A stretch of DNA of 63,960 bases, the filler included, from Octopus bimaculoides (Eukaryota): assembly GCF_001194135.2 (NCBI RefSeq). It is 7 parts of 7 records of this genome, joined end to end, with 100 filler letters (N's around TTAATTAATTAA, not from the genome) between each part and the next. Parts side by side here need not be neighbours in the genome. Positions count along the whole stretch, not along the records: positions 1 to 22,124 come from NC_068987.1; positions 22,225 to 46,032 come from NC_068988.1; 5 more parts are not named here. One strand, written 5' to 3'. This document shows positions 11,965-22,930 of this stretch, one piece after another (positions within the stretch are counted from its first letter, which is position 1; the number at the start of each line of letters is the position of its first letter). The notes under the pieces were generated by a model, which worked only from the letters and a program-made list of their open reading frames with translations, was not told the DNA's origin and did no database searches. A program made the position numbers and the translations under genes.

Positions 11965-13814
11965 GTATGAGAAAATTCTTTATCTGAAATTCAAAATCTG
12001 GAACCTCCGAAATCCGAACGATTTTGAATGAGACTCCAAAAATGGAAACATTCTACAAAGTGATGTGAAGGTTCACCACCCATCAAATATAGCTGGTGTG
12101 TACCGTCATGGCATGTGACCTAACTTACTTTGGGAGAGACTTCTCTAACAAGTTGACCGCTTGGTGGCATTTTGTTGTCAGCAGTCGTCATACCGACATC
12201 TTCGCTCTTTACTCGTAGCGATTACCATCCGTTTTGTGTTTTGTGATGTGAAGTTATAACTGAAAACGTTGCAAAGATGGTGCCGAACAAGTTGTCAACA
12301 TCGCAAAAGATACTCCAGTTGCTAATTCAATGACCGATAATGAAATAGCCGAAATAGTTCCGAATCAAGGCGATTCTGATTTCATTCTGTAATAATTTTT
12401 TTTTTAATTTTGTCTTTGGTCAGTAAGTTTTATTTCTTATTTTCTTCTATCTAGAAATCAAAGGAAATGACTACTATTCCCTTCAATGTTTGACATCGAT
12501 GTTTTGAAACTGACCTATTTCCCATTACATTTCAGACAGGATCAGCGCTGATTTGCAGAAGCAGAAATATCGTTATAGCAAATATTCTGCTTGATACCAC
12601 AAATTTACTCGTTAGTTGCTTGACCTTAACCACTTGAACATGACCCTTAATGGCTGACAATATGTGAATCTCTGATCATGAGCGGGAGTAGAGGGGGAGC
12701 ATCATAGTCATATGTTAAGACGAAGTCTTTGGGGTTTGGATAAATGTAAGAAAAGCAAAGTTTGAAGGAAATATTAACCGTTTTTCCTACTTTCTAGGGA
12801 TAAGCAAACAGGAAATAACAGATAGCTACTCAAGGACAATTATCGTGCTACACATTGTTAAAATTGTGAAGATAAAGATGACATGGTGAACACAGTGGAA
12901 AATGTGTCAGTAGATAATATGGTGAAAATGTATGATAGACTTATTAAACGACTTTAGCAACGTGCATTCATAACGAAACAAGGAATCACATCAGTTTATA
13001 AATTCAAAAAGAAACTGCTACGACAAAAACCCGTGTTAATGAGGCAAATGACACTGTATTGATACTAGCGTCGTTGTTGCATTACAGATATAATGCTCAC
13101 ATTTTCAATTTTCATTACATTCACCTGTAATCATATTCCATGTTTTGTTTTTATACAAAAGTCATTATGTACTGTAAGCTTTTGATTAAAACACGAGTTC
13201 GTAGGTGGATACTGATAACTTGAACTTTCCAGCTCGCAGTAATGTCATTGATGACGTACCCTCTCCCCCCAAGTTTCTCGAGCCTGATGTAATTGTAATG
13301 TCTAGGGCTGCATTTATCTTCAAGTGTGTAAGCAGAGATCATAGTGATTTGTTTAAAGGATAAAACGTTATTTTTGCTTGAGATGAATTTCACTTCCATG
13401 TTTGAGTGTAACATGACAAGCATCAGTACTTGTACATTTCTTTACAAATAAATGAATGACTTTTTTCAGTTTTTTATTTATCTGAAATCACATTCACTGC
13501 TTTGTTTTAATAACTTACATGAAACCTAAAAAATGTAATTGTAATGACGTGAAATCGTAGGTGTAGATTGTTATCTTACCTTTCTTATGGTATTATACAT
13601 AGAAAATTATTACATGAAAATTTATATAAAACTACATTTAGGGTGTATGTTTAAGCCATGTTATAATATATATATGGATATTGTGTTTAGAATTGGGTTC
13701 CATCCACAAGTTGTCCCATTGTTTAGATACAAATATGAAAATACTTCGAAATCAGAGAAATCAGAAATCGACAAAATTTTCAGTCCCTTGGATTTCGGAG
13801 ATTCCCACTCATAC
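11965..13814 (+). mobile_element. pogo/Tigger-family DNA transposon, internally deleted, Tigger4/Zombi-like
   Basis: Ends GTATGAG...CTCATAC with CCGAAATCC-type subterminal repeats; transposase C-terminal peptides EQVVNIAKDTPVANSMTDNEIAEIVPNQGDSD (about 12290-12380) and DDMVNTVENVSVDNMVKMYDRLIKRL*QRAFITKQGITSVYKFKKKLLRQKPVLMRQMTL (12868-13056). Confidence 0.8.
12385..12860. mobile_element. Unrelated repeat insertion (SINE-like) splitting the Tigger-like transposase remnant
   Basis: About 480 bp separates two peptides that should be contiguous in the transposase; contains ...ATTCTGCTTGATACCAC...TTGACCTTAACC...GGGGAGCATCATAG... Confidence 0.55.
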
Positions 13815-14076
13815 ATGCACACGCGCACGTGTATATATATATATATATATATATATAAATACAGATATAGGGCAGGGAATTGCCAATTAGTTAATAAAAT
13901 TAATAATTAACAATTTTTCCAAGTAGTTCAGTATGAAAAAAAACCCTTATCGGTAAAAACATTTATAATCATAAATGTAGTTTAGAATCAGTAGTTTTTT
14001 GACTGCTATTTCTAAATTTTCAGTATGTTGGTGAAGCAACTTATGCTGACCCCTATATATTTATGATTATATATAT

Positions 14077-14157
14077 ATATTTAAATATATATATAATAAT
14101 AAAGGAGTTACGTCTTTGCGTCGTAACTCCTTTATTATTATATATATATTTAAATAT
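14077..14157. repeat. Perfect 36-bp inverted repeat with 9-nt loop (MITE-like palindrome), right arm cut by a gap
   Basis: ATATTTAAATATATATATAATAATAAAGGAGTTACG / TCTTTGCGT / exact reverse complement. Confidence 0.9.
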
Positions 14158-14759
14158 NNNNNNNNNNNNNNNNNNNNNNNNNNNNNNNNNNNNNNNNNNN
14201 NNNNNNNNNNNNNNNNNNNNNNNNNNNNNNNNNNNNNNNNNNNNNNNNNNNNNNNNNNNNNNNNNNNNNNNNNNNNNNNNNNNNNNNNNNNNNNNNNNNN
14301 NNNNNNNNNNNNNNNNNNNNNNNNNNNNNNNNNNNNNNNNNNNNNNNNNNNNNNNNNNNNNNNNNNNNNNNNNNNNNNNNNNNNNNNNNNNNNNNNNNNN
14401 NNNNNNNNNNNNNNNNNNNNNNNNNNNNNNNNNNNNNNNNNNNNNNNNNNNNNNNNNNNNNNNNNNNNNNNNNNNNNNNNNNNNNNNNNNNNNNNNNNNN
14501 NNNNNNNNNNNNNNNNNNNNNNNNNNNNNNNNNNNNNNNNNNNNNNNNNNNNNNNNNNNNNNNNNNNNNNNNNNNNNNNNNNNNNNNNNNNNNNNNNNNN
14601 NNNNNNNNNNNNNNNNNNNNNNNNNNNNNNNNNNNNNNNNNNNNNNNNNNNNNNNNNNNNNNNNNNNNNNNNNNNNNNNNNNNNTATATAATATGTGTGT
14701 ATACTGGAGGTTTGAGAATGTAGTCGATGCTGGTGTACGGTAAGCGGGTCTTGAGACAG

Positions 14760-15320
14760 GAATTTCAAAATCAAGTGTTCATCGCATTTTGAAGCAATCT
14801 CATTAGAAAAGCTGCATTCTAAGAATAGTCTATGCTCTCAATGGAGATGGTCAGGACCAAAGAGTGAAATATTGTGAGTGGTACTTTGCAACGAAAGTGG
14901 AAGATGCACAATTTCCAACAAAATTTGTTTAGAGTGATGAGGCTACATTTGAATTAGATGGCTTAATTAACCGCCAACGATGCACCTACTTGGAACCTGA
15001 GAATCTGCATTTTACAGATGAAGATGTTAATTTAGTAAGGAGTCACAGTAACTGAACTTTTCTTTCTTGACTGTAATGTACATGTCCTGATTTGAACTTG
15101 CAGAGACGTTCTGCCATACCCAGCATCCAAAAGGACTTTGAAGATGTGGAATTTTATTTCCAGCCAGATGGGGCACCCCAACACTACCATATCATTGTAA
15201 GAGCCAACTTTGTTACGATTCTGCCAAACTGGTAGGTGGATTAAACGATCAAGTTTGATAGAATACTTTCCGCGTTCAGCGGATCTCACATCACTAGAGT
15301 CTCATTTTTGTTTGATTGTT
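14760..15320 (+). mobile_element. Degenerate Tc1/mariner-superfamily transposase (DUF4817-associated type)
   Basis: Across frameshifts: [40 protein letters not shown]...PRSADLTSL, matching the SDE / QDGA / SPDLTPLD motifs. Confidence 0.75.
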
Positions 15321-15331
15321 TTTACAACTGT

Positions 15332-15745
15332 AGGCACAGGAGTGGCTGTGTGGTAAGTAGCATGCTTACCAACCACATGGTTCCGGGTTCATTCCCACTG
15401 CGTGGCACCTTGAGCAAGTGCCTTTTGCTATAGCCTCGGGCCGACCAAAGCCTTGTGAGTGGATTTGGTAGACGGAGACTGAAAGAAGCCTGTCGTATAT
15501 ATGTATATATATATATATATGTATATGTGTGTATATGTTTGTGTGTCTGTGTTTGTTCCCCAAACATCGCTTGACAGCCGATGGTGGTGTGTTTATGTTC
15601 CCGTAACTTAGCGGTTCGGCAAAAGAGACCGATATAATAAGTACTAGGCTTACAGAATAAGTCCTGGGGTCGATTTGTTCGACTAAAGGCGGTGCTCCAG
15701 CATGGCCGCAGTCAAATGACTGAAACAAGTAAAAGAGTAAAAGAG
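15332..15745 (+). mobile_element. tRNA-derived SINE family B, full-length
   Basis: AGGCACAGGAGTGGCTGTGTGGTAAG...GGTTCCGGGTTCATTCCC head, internal (TA/TG)n, 3' GACTGAAACAAGTAAAAGAGTAAAAGAG. Confidence 0.92.
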
Positions 15746-16514
15746 ACTAAAGAGTAACTGTCGATAAACTGAGGGCAGCCACTGAAAGAGAATGTAGACA
15801 AATAACGAATGAACTATTTTTTTAATGTTTACGATTCCATTGGTTTGCGTTATCACAATGTCTGAACCACAATGTTCATCAGTTGAAAACAAGCGTTAAT
15901 AAAATATTTATATTCTGTCTATAGATTCTCCAAAAGTTTGAAAAACGTATACAAATATACAAATGTCCTGCGGGAAAGCTAACTGATGCATTTGTATATG
16001 AATTTGTACAATTGCAGATTCCTTCAAAACTTGATATCGAAACCGTGTTGCATCATTTAAAAACATTAATAAGACATACTGCACACCACTAGCTAAGGTG
16101 GTGTAGTGACATAAGGAAGGTAGAGTACAATACAACATCAGATGGTCGGTATATGCATATCCATGTAATAAGCTCTCTAGATCTCGTAATTTCTGTTTCG
16201 AGGAAGCCCTATGCATTTTAATGAGTGCAGGTAAAGTGGTGAATAGTTACTTCGAAAGAGTTATAAGATGCAATCATCAAAATTTTCGCAATTTTGTAAA
16301 TATAATTAACGTTTGAAAATCTCCATTCAACTTCAATCTTGATCGTAATTGCATTTTGTCTGTCACTATATCAATGGTTTCAGTTTTGACTGTAAACTGC
16401 TGAGAATGACAAGTCACTATGGGTATGCATTATCACACTCGATGATATAGTGAGAACCTAACGAGGGATTTATTTAAACAATCACCTGAGGAGGCGCATT
16501 TTACACCGTGGATG

Positions 16515-16570
16515 TTCAATAATGATTGCACATCATTTCACCAAAGATGTGCCGAAACAATTGTAGTGAA
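16515..16570 (+). ncRNA. Degenerate hammerhead-ribozyme motif
   Basis: (A)TAATGA-T-TGCACATC...GATGTGCC-GAAA-CAATTGTA: 7-bp stem II, palindromic stem III ACAATTGT, GUA triplet; core mutated from CUGAUGA. Confidence 0.45.
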
Positions 16571-17416
16571 ATTTAAATAATGAATGTCACTAATTTCATT
16601 TTATATCATTTATCTCTCTATACATGTGTGTGTGTGTGTGTNNNNNNNNNNNNNNNNNNNNNNNNNNNNNNNNNNNNNNNNNNNNNNNNNNNNNNNNNNN
16701 NNNNNNNNNNNNNNNNNNNNNNNNNNNNNNNNNNNNNNNNNNNNNNNNNNNNNNNNNNNNNNNNNNNNNNNNNNNNNNNNNNNNNNNNNNNNNNNNNNNN
16801 NNNNNNNNNNNNNNNNNNNNNNNNNNNNNNNNNNNNNNNNNNNNNNNNNNNNNNNNNNNNNNNNNNNNNNNNNNNNNNNNNNNNNNNNNNNNNNNNNNNN
16901 NNNNNNNNNNNNNNNNNNNNNNNNNNNNNNNNNNNNNNNNNNNNNNNNNNNNNNNNNNNNNNNNNNNNNNNNNNNNNNNNNNNNNNNNNNNNNNNNNNNN
17001 NNNNNNNNNNNNNNNNNNNNNNNNNNNNNNNNNNNNNNNNNNNNNNNNNNNNNNNNNNNNNNNNNNNNNNNNNNNNNNNNNNNNNNNNNNNNNNNNNNNN
17101 NNNNNNNNNNNNNNNNNNNNNNNNNNNNNNNNNNNNNNNNNNNNNNNNNNNNNNNNNNNNNNNNNNNNNNNNNNNNNNNNNNNNNNNNNNNNNNNNNNNN
17201 NNNNNNNNNNNNNNNNNNNNNNNNNNNNNNNNNNNNNNNNNNNNNNNNNNNNNNNNNNNNNNNNNNNNNNNNNNNNNNNNNNNNNNNNNNNNNNNNNNNN
17301 NNNNNNNNNNNNNNNNNNNNNNNNNNNNNNNNNNNNNNNNNNNNNNNNNNNNNNNNNNNNNNNNNNNNNNNNNNNNNNNNNNNNNNNNNNNNNNNNNNNN
17401 NNNNNNNNNNNNNNNN

Positions 17417-17486
<70 letters not shown>

Positions 17487-17491
17487 CGATG

Positions 17492-17615
17492 GGTTCCTTT
17501 CTGTTTCTGTCTAACAAATCCACTCACAAGGCTTTGATCGGCCCGAAGCTATAGTAGATGGCACCTGTACAAGGTACCATGTGGTTAGGAAACAAGCTTC
17601 TTACCACACAGCCAC
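17492..17615 (-). mobile_element. SINE family B, 5' part (internally deleted)
   Basis: ...AAATCCACTCACAAGGCTTTGATCGGCCCGAAGCTATAGTAG...CTTACCACACAGCCAC. Confidence 0.75.
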
Positions 17616-17825
17616 CCCTACATAAATCTAAAACTTCACTAATGCAATCCGAACTCCATCTTTCGATGCATCATTTAAAATAGCGATTTAAAATGAAATA
17701 TACATCAATGTTGTATGTTAAATACTTTACTCCCTGGAGAGATAAATTCCTGATTTGTACATACATTTCTGATGCATTAGAAAAACCTCATATGTGCTTA
17801 TGAACATTACACAAACACACACACA

Positions 17826-17865
<40 letters not shown>

Positions 17866-18200
17866 GTCTATCTATCTATCTCTCCCTCACACACACACAC
17901 ACAGACACACACACACACACACACATACACACACACNNNNNNNNNNNNNNNNNNNNNNNNNNNNNNNNNNNNNNNNNNNNNNNNNNNNNNNNNNNNNNNN
18001 NNNNNNNNNNNNNNNNNNNNNNNNNNNNNNNNNNNNNNNNNNNNNNNNNNNNNNNNNNNNNNNNNNNNNNNNNNNNNNNNNNNNNNNNNNNNNNNNNNNN
18101 NNNNNNNNNNNNNNNNNNNNNNNNNNNNNNNNNNNNNNNNNNNNNNNNNNNNNNNNNNNNNNNNNNNNNNNNNNNNNNNNNNNNNNNNNNNNNNNNNNNN

Positions 18201-18265
<65 letters not shown>

Positions 18266-19274
18266 GCACGCACACACACACACACACGCACACACACAAA
18301 TATATGCATGTACTTCACAGAAAATCTGAAATTACAAATGGGATTTGATTTTCGGCTTTCAGTTCGCTGTAAGTAATAATAGCGATTTAACATAGAAAAT
18401 GCGTCTGAGTTATATGGTAAATCGCTCTAATGAGCTAAATTGCTATTTAGCTTACCAGGGAGAAGGGATATAAAATACAATATGTTTGTTTGTATATTCT
18501 ATATTAACTCATCAAAACTCACAGTAGGGCTTGTATTCTAAGTCTGACGTCTCCACATTGTGATATCTGTACATTCTTGTGTGTGTGTGTGCGCGCGCGT
18601 ATACTCAGATATATTTGAACTATAACAACCGCAACATGAAGGCACTAGTTTGAATATTTTAGCGTGTAGTTATAATTGTAACTTTATGAGAAATTCCCGA
18701 AATTTGTAGGCCCATTTATTTAATCTATTTTGTTGTTCCCTTAGTTCAGTCACTGACACGCACATACACACATACGCGCGCACAAAAACACACACGCAGA
18801 CATATATATGCATATAAATTAACAGATAGATACAGATATATAAACGCTCACACACGCACGCACACACATACACACACACACACATATATGTAACCAACAG
18901 ATAAACTCCATATAACATCTTATAATGAGAACATCACTAGAAATGTTCATAAAATCAGAAGTGTTACTTTGCTATAATGGTTAAAACGTCTGCCGTGTTT
19001 ACAGATGAAAGTTCGTGTCACACAAGAATTTTTCAACCATTTTCTATATTACTACATTTTCTATATTCTTTAACCCAATAGACTACACACTATTATTTGT
19101 AGCTTTATGTACATTAAATTCCACCATTAAGAATAATTTACTCTGTATATATATATATAAGAAAATGGAGAATATGAAGTTAATAAGAGTTTGTTATGAA
19201 CAACAAATCGATCATTATCCCTTACAGCTGTTTCAATAATACACAGGGAAATTAATTAAATATTAAGTTTTCTG

Positions 19275-19303
<29 letters not shown>

Positions 19304-19306
<3 letters not shown>

Positions 19307-20151
19307 AAGTGTAGTATATTGCCACTTAAGTGTGGCTGACCCCTAGGGGTGGATGTTACTGTTGCTTTTAGCCCCAGGAGGACATCTCCTCCAGCTGGCT
19401 TATCGACACACGACTGTGTCCTGTTTGCCAAGGGAAGTTATCCCTCTCACCATGATCTGCAGCACGAACGGATCCGGATTTCAGGGTTATTTCCCTTCGT
19501 CGGCGTTCGATAGCTACTGACCCTGGCGAGAGAGACAAAAACCTGGTAATCTTATATCTACTTTTCCAGTGAAATTCTTCACTGATATCGAAAAGGTGAA
19601 AACAAGCAATGTTAATTCTCTAAATGAAGTATTNNNNNNNNNNNNNNNNNNNNNNNNNNNNNNNNNNNNNNNNNNNNNNNNNNNNNNNNNNNNNNNNNNN
19701 NNNNNNNNNNNNNNNNNNNNNNNNNNNNNNNNNNNNNNNNNNNNNNNNNNNNNNNNNNNNNNNNNNNNNNNNNNNNNNNNNNNNNNNNNNNNNNNNNNNN
19801 NNNNNNNNNNNNNNNNNNNNNNNNNNNNNNNNNNNNNNNNNNNNNNNNNNNNNNNNNNNNNNNNNNNNNNNNNNNNNNNNNNNNNNNNNNNNNNNNNNNN
19901 NNNNNNNNNNNNNNNNNNNNNNNNNNNNNNNNNNNNNNNNNNNNNNNNNNNNNNNNNNNNNNNNNNNNNNNNNNNNNNCGGATCCGTTCGTGCTGCAGAT
20001 CATGGTGAGAGGGATAACTTCCCTTGGCAAACAGGACACAGTCGTGTGTCGATAAGCCAGCTGGAGGAGATGTCCTCCTGGGGCTAAAAGCAACAGTAAC
20101 ATCCACCCCTAGGGGTCAGCCACACTTAAGTGGCAATATACTACACTTTAT
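19304..20151. repeat. Perfect 173-bp inverted repeat (19304-19476 and 19979-20151) around a gap
   Basis: The two segments are exact reverse complements as far as can be read; the right arm starts at the contig edge. Confidence 0.9.
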
Positions 20152-20193
20152 CGTGCAGTTACTGTTAATACTTCATTTAGAGACTTAACATTG

Positions 20194-20227
<34 letters not shown>

Positions 20228-20650
20228 TGAGTTTGTGCATGTATAGACGGGGGTGTGTATGTGTATATGTCTGTGTGCATATATATATGTGTATGTGCAT
20301 GCATATGTGTGTAAGTATATATATGTATATGTATGCGTGTAAGTGTATCTATACATATTAAATCTTACCTACGCTTGGAAGCATGTACACATAGACATTT
20401 ATTATTCTCACATGTAAATTCAGACACAACAATTTTAAGAAACCGTTATACAAATTACACTTCCCTAGAAACGCTATAGGGTAAAAATAGATAGTCAAAA
20501 TTCCACTAACCAATCGAATCTAACTGGTCAACATCGATCTATATCAGTTTCTTCTTAGGGGTAATGGATAATAATAATAAAAACGTGTAAACGCATTTGT
20601 ATGTGTATATAAATATTCTTTACCTTCTCTCTGAACTTTTTCCTCTCTCT

Positions 20651-20683
20651 TCTTTCTGACAAAGAGCCAAGCTCGAAATTCAT
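20651..20683 (+). ncRNA. Degenerate minimal hammerhead-ribozyme relic
   Basis: TCTTT-CTGACAA-A-GAGC-CAA-GCTC-GAAA-TTCA: perfect stem II; G8 and stem III mutated. Confidence 0.4.
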
Positions 20684-20781
20684 ACCCTTTCTTCTATCCT
20701 TAGAATTTCTCAGAACCTCAATTTACTACATACACTTTGACTTCGTTGTTTTTACTGTTGCTTCTTTATTTTTTATTTACC

Positions 20782-20832
<51 letters not shown>

Positions 20833-21914
20833 TAATACACACACGCAACACACACACAAACATACACATATACATAAATATATATATATATACGCGCGTG
20901 TCTGTCTGTCTGTGCGTATGTGTGTATGTGTGTATGTGTGCAATAATAGCGATGAAAGTAACAAAATGTGAAGGGGAACGAACCTGGATTCACCTGTACG
21001 AAAGCAACATGCCAGGTAATTGTTGAATCAGGGTTTCCTATTATTTGTGTCTATATGCATGTATGTATATCCTTGTGATATGAAACCGAGCAATATGTGT
21101 TTATTTCATTGACAAAACGTTCGTAGGGTACATAATATTACGGATGTAATGTTAAAAGGTTTATATCTGTGTATGTATGTGTGTGAATTTGTGTTTTTTT
21201 TGTGTTTGAGTGGATATGGAGTAAAAGTTTTTAAATGGTTTTATAGGGAAATGTGTATATGCCATTAATGTGAACATGTTTACGTATTATGGTTGTTTGT
21301 GTGAGCGCAAGTGTTTTTTTTTTCCGTTTTTGTGTATGTTGTTTGAGCCTTCTACGTATGAATGTACGCGTAGTATATATCAGTATATGTATGTATCTAA
21401 TGTTTGTTTGTGAGTACCATTTAAATACATGTGATTGAAGCTGCGTGTGTGTTCAGATCCTTGTGTTTGTAATTGTGTTGTTGAAGTTATATGATTAGAA
21501 GATAAGCAGGGGCTTATGCGTGTACGTGTATTTCATGGATATGCATGTGGGTGGAAAAGGTAGCGTTTTTGTATGTATGCGGATTGTGTTGCATGTAGAG
21601 TCGGTTATCTGTGCGTGCGAGTGTGCATGCGCGTGCACGTGCGCGTGTGTGTGTGTGTCTGTGTATCTGCGTGTGTGAGACGTATGCGTGAAATGAAAAT
21701 GTAGTGATTGAGTCCTTAGAGAGTGTATGTGTGGAAGGAAAAAGATAAAAATTAGTTCACAGAAGTAGAATATGTGGTGGATGTGTGTAAATACATGCAC
21801 ACACACACACACTCACACACACACACTCACACACACATACATATAAAGTACATATATGCTTATAAGTGTACACACAAATGTATGTATGTATGTATGTATG
21901 TACGTGAGCGATCA

Positions 21915-22100
21915 CCGATGCCATCGCCGCCGTCCAACTCCCGACCCGATGAGCGATAAGGACAGGCGCAGACTCGGTTATGTGATCAAGAAGCTCGCTT
22001 CACAGACATGTGGTCTCCTGATTGGTTCCTCTGCGTGGCACTTTGGTTCACTGCCTTCTATTATGGATCAGAGTCGACTAATGCCACGTGAGAGAATTTA
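21915..22100 (+). mobile_element. Possible C-terminal fragment of a Rex1/Babar/L2-type LINE
   Basis: GC-richer island; MSDKDRRRLGYVIKKLAS loosely resembles the KDRxRLxxVIRKA segment of such ORF2 tails; weak. Confidence 0.25.
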
Positions 22101-22124
22101 GTATGTAAAAACCCGCCGTATATA

Positions 22125-22224
22125 NNNNNNNNNNNNNNNNNNNNNNNNNNNNNNNNNNNNNNNNNNNNTTAATTAATTAANNNNNNNNNNNNNNNNNNNN
22201 NNNNNNNNNNNNNNNNNNNNNNNN
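22125..22224. other. Artificial 100-bp scaffold spacer N44-TTAATTAATTAA-N44 (also at 46033-46132, 54271-54370, 56164-56263, 58954-59053, 62225-62324)
   Basis: Identical geometry six times; the 12-mer has stop codons in all six frames. Confidence 0.95.
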
Positions 22225-22340
22225 ATAAATATATATATATATATATAATGAATAAAAAAAATGAGAAATACACAAGAACAAACAACAACGTGGTACATGC
22301 GAAGTATTAATAAGACGCTCAGGGAAGGAAAGAAACGGTG

Positions 22341-22374
22341 TTTTACGTTTCGAGCAAAACTCTTCTTCAGAAAG
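22341..22374 (-). ncRNA. Minimal type I hammerhead ribozyme motif with intact catalytic core, inside a short interspersed repeat (about 22240-22440)
   Basis: Minus strand UUU-CUGAAGA-A-GAGU-UUU-GCUC-GAAA-CGUA-AAA: core CUGANGA/GAAA, 4-bp stem II, palindromic loopless stem III ACGU, GUA site, 3-bp stem I. Confidence 0.7.
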
Positions 22375-22668
22375 AGGAGACAGAGGAAAATCAAAAAGAA
22401 AAGGAAGACGGCGGAAAACTCACCAACAAACCACATGTAGTTACATTTTGGAATGACCGGAAGGGGATGGACAGAGAAAAAGTTTTTTTCTAAGACAGGA
22501 GAGTGTAAGAGTAGGAGGTATCTGTATGTATGTGTAGCTATGTGTACGCGTGTGTGTGTGATAGCATATGTGTGTGTTTGTGTGTCTGAGTGAACTTTGT
22601 GCCTGTTAATGTTGTAGGAAGAATTCAGCAGTTATGGTAACAGGACTGATATATGAGTGGGGGTGGGG

Positions 22669-22735
22669 TACCTTGGTGTAATGGTAGCTCACTTCTTGCG
22701 AACTCGTATAGATGTGGGTCCGAGTCCCACACGTA
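22669..22735 (+). pseudogene. tRNA-like sequence (tRNA pseudogene or orphan SINE head)
   Basis: Box A-like GGTGTAATGGTAGC and T-arm GTGGG-TCCGAGT-CCCAC; D, anticodon and acceptor arms do not pair well. Confidence 0.5.
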
Positions 22736-22884
22736 CAGAAAACTCTACTTTTTCCGTCGAGGGCTAATATTACCCAATATTAGACTGTTTTCTTTATTCA
22801 AATAGGTAATCGTTCTAAGCTTTTCAATTATTATTATTATTATAATTTACAAAATTGTAAAATTGAAACCACTTTCCAAATCAT

Positions 22885-22930
<46 letters not shown>

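Noticed and set aside
16580-17554. Long ORFs here and at 14.1, 47.0, 50.6, 54.3 and 58.0 kb
   Set aside because: They are open only because they run through N gaps and dinucleotide repeats
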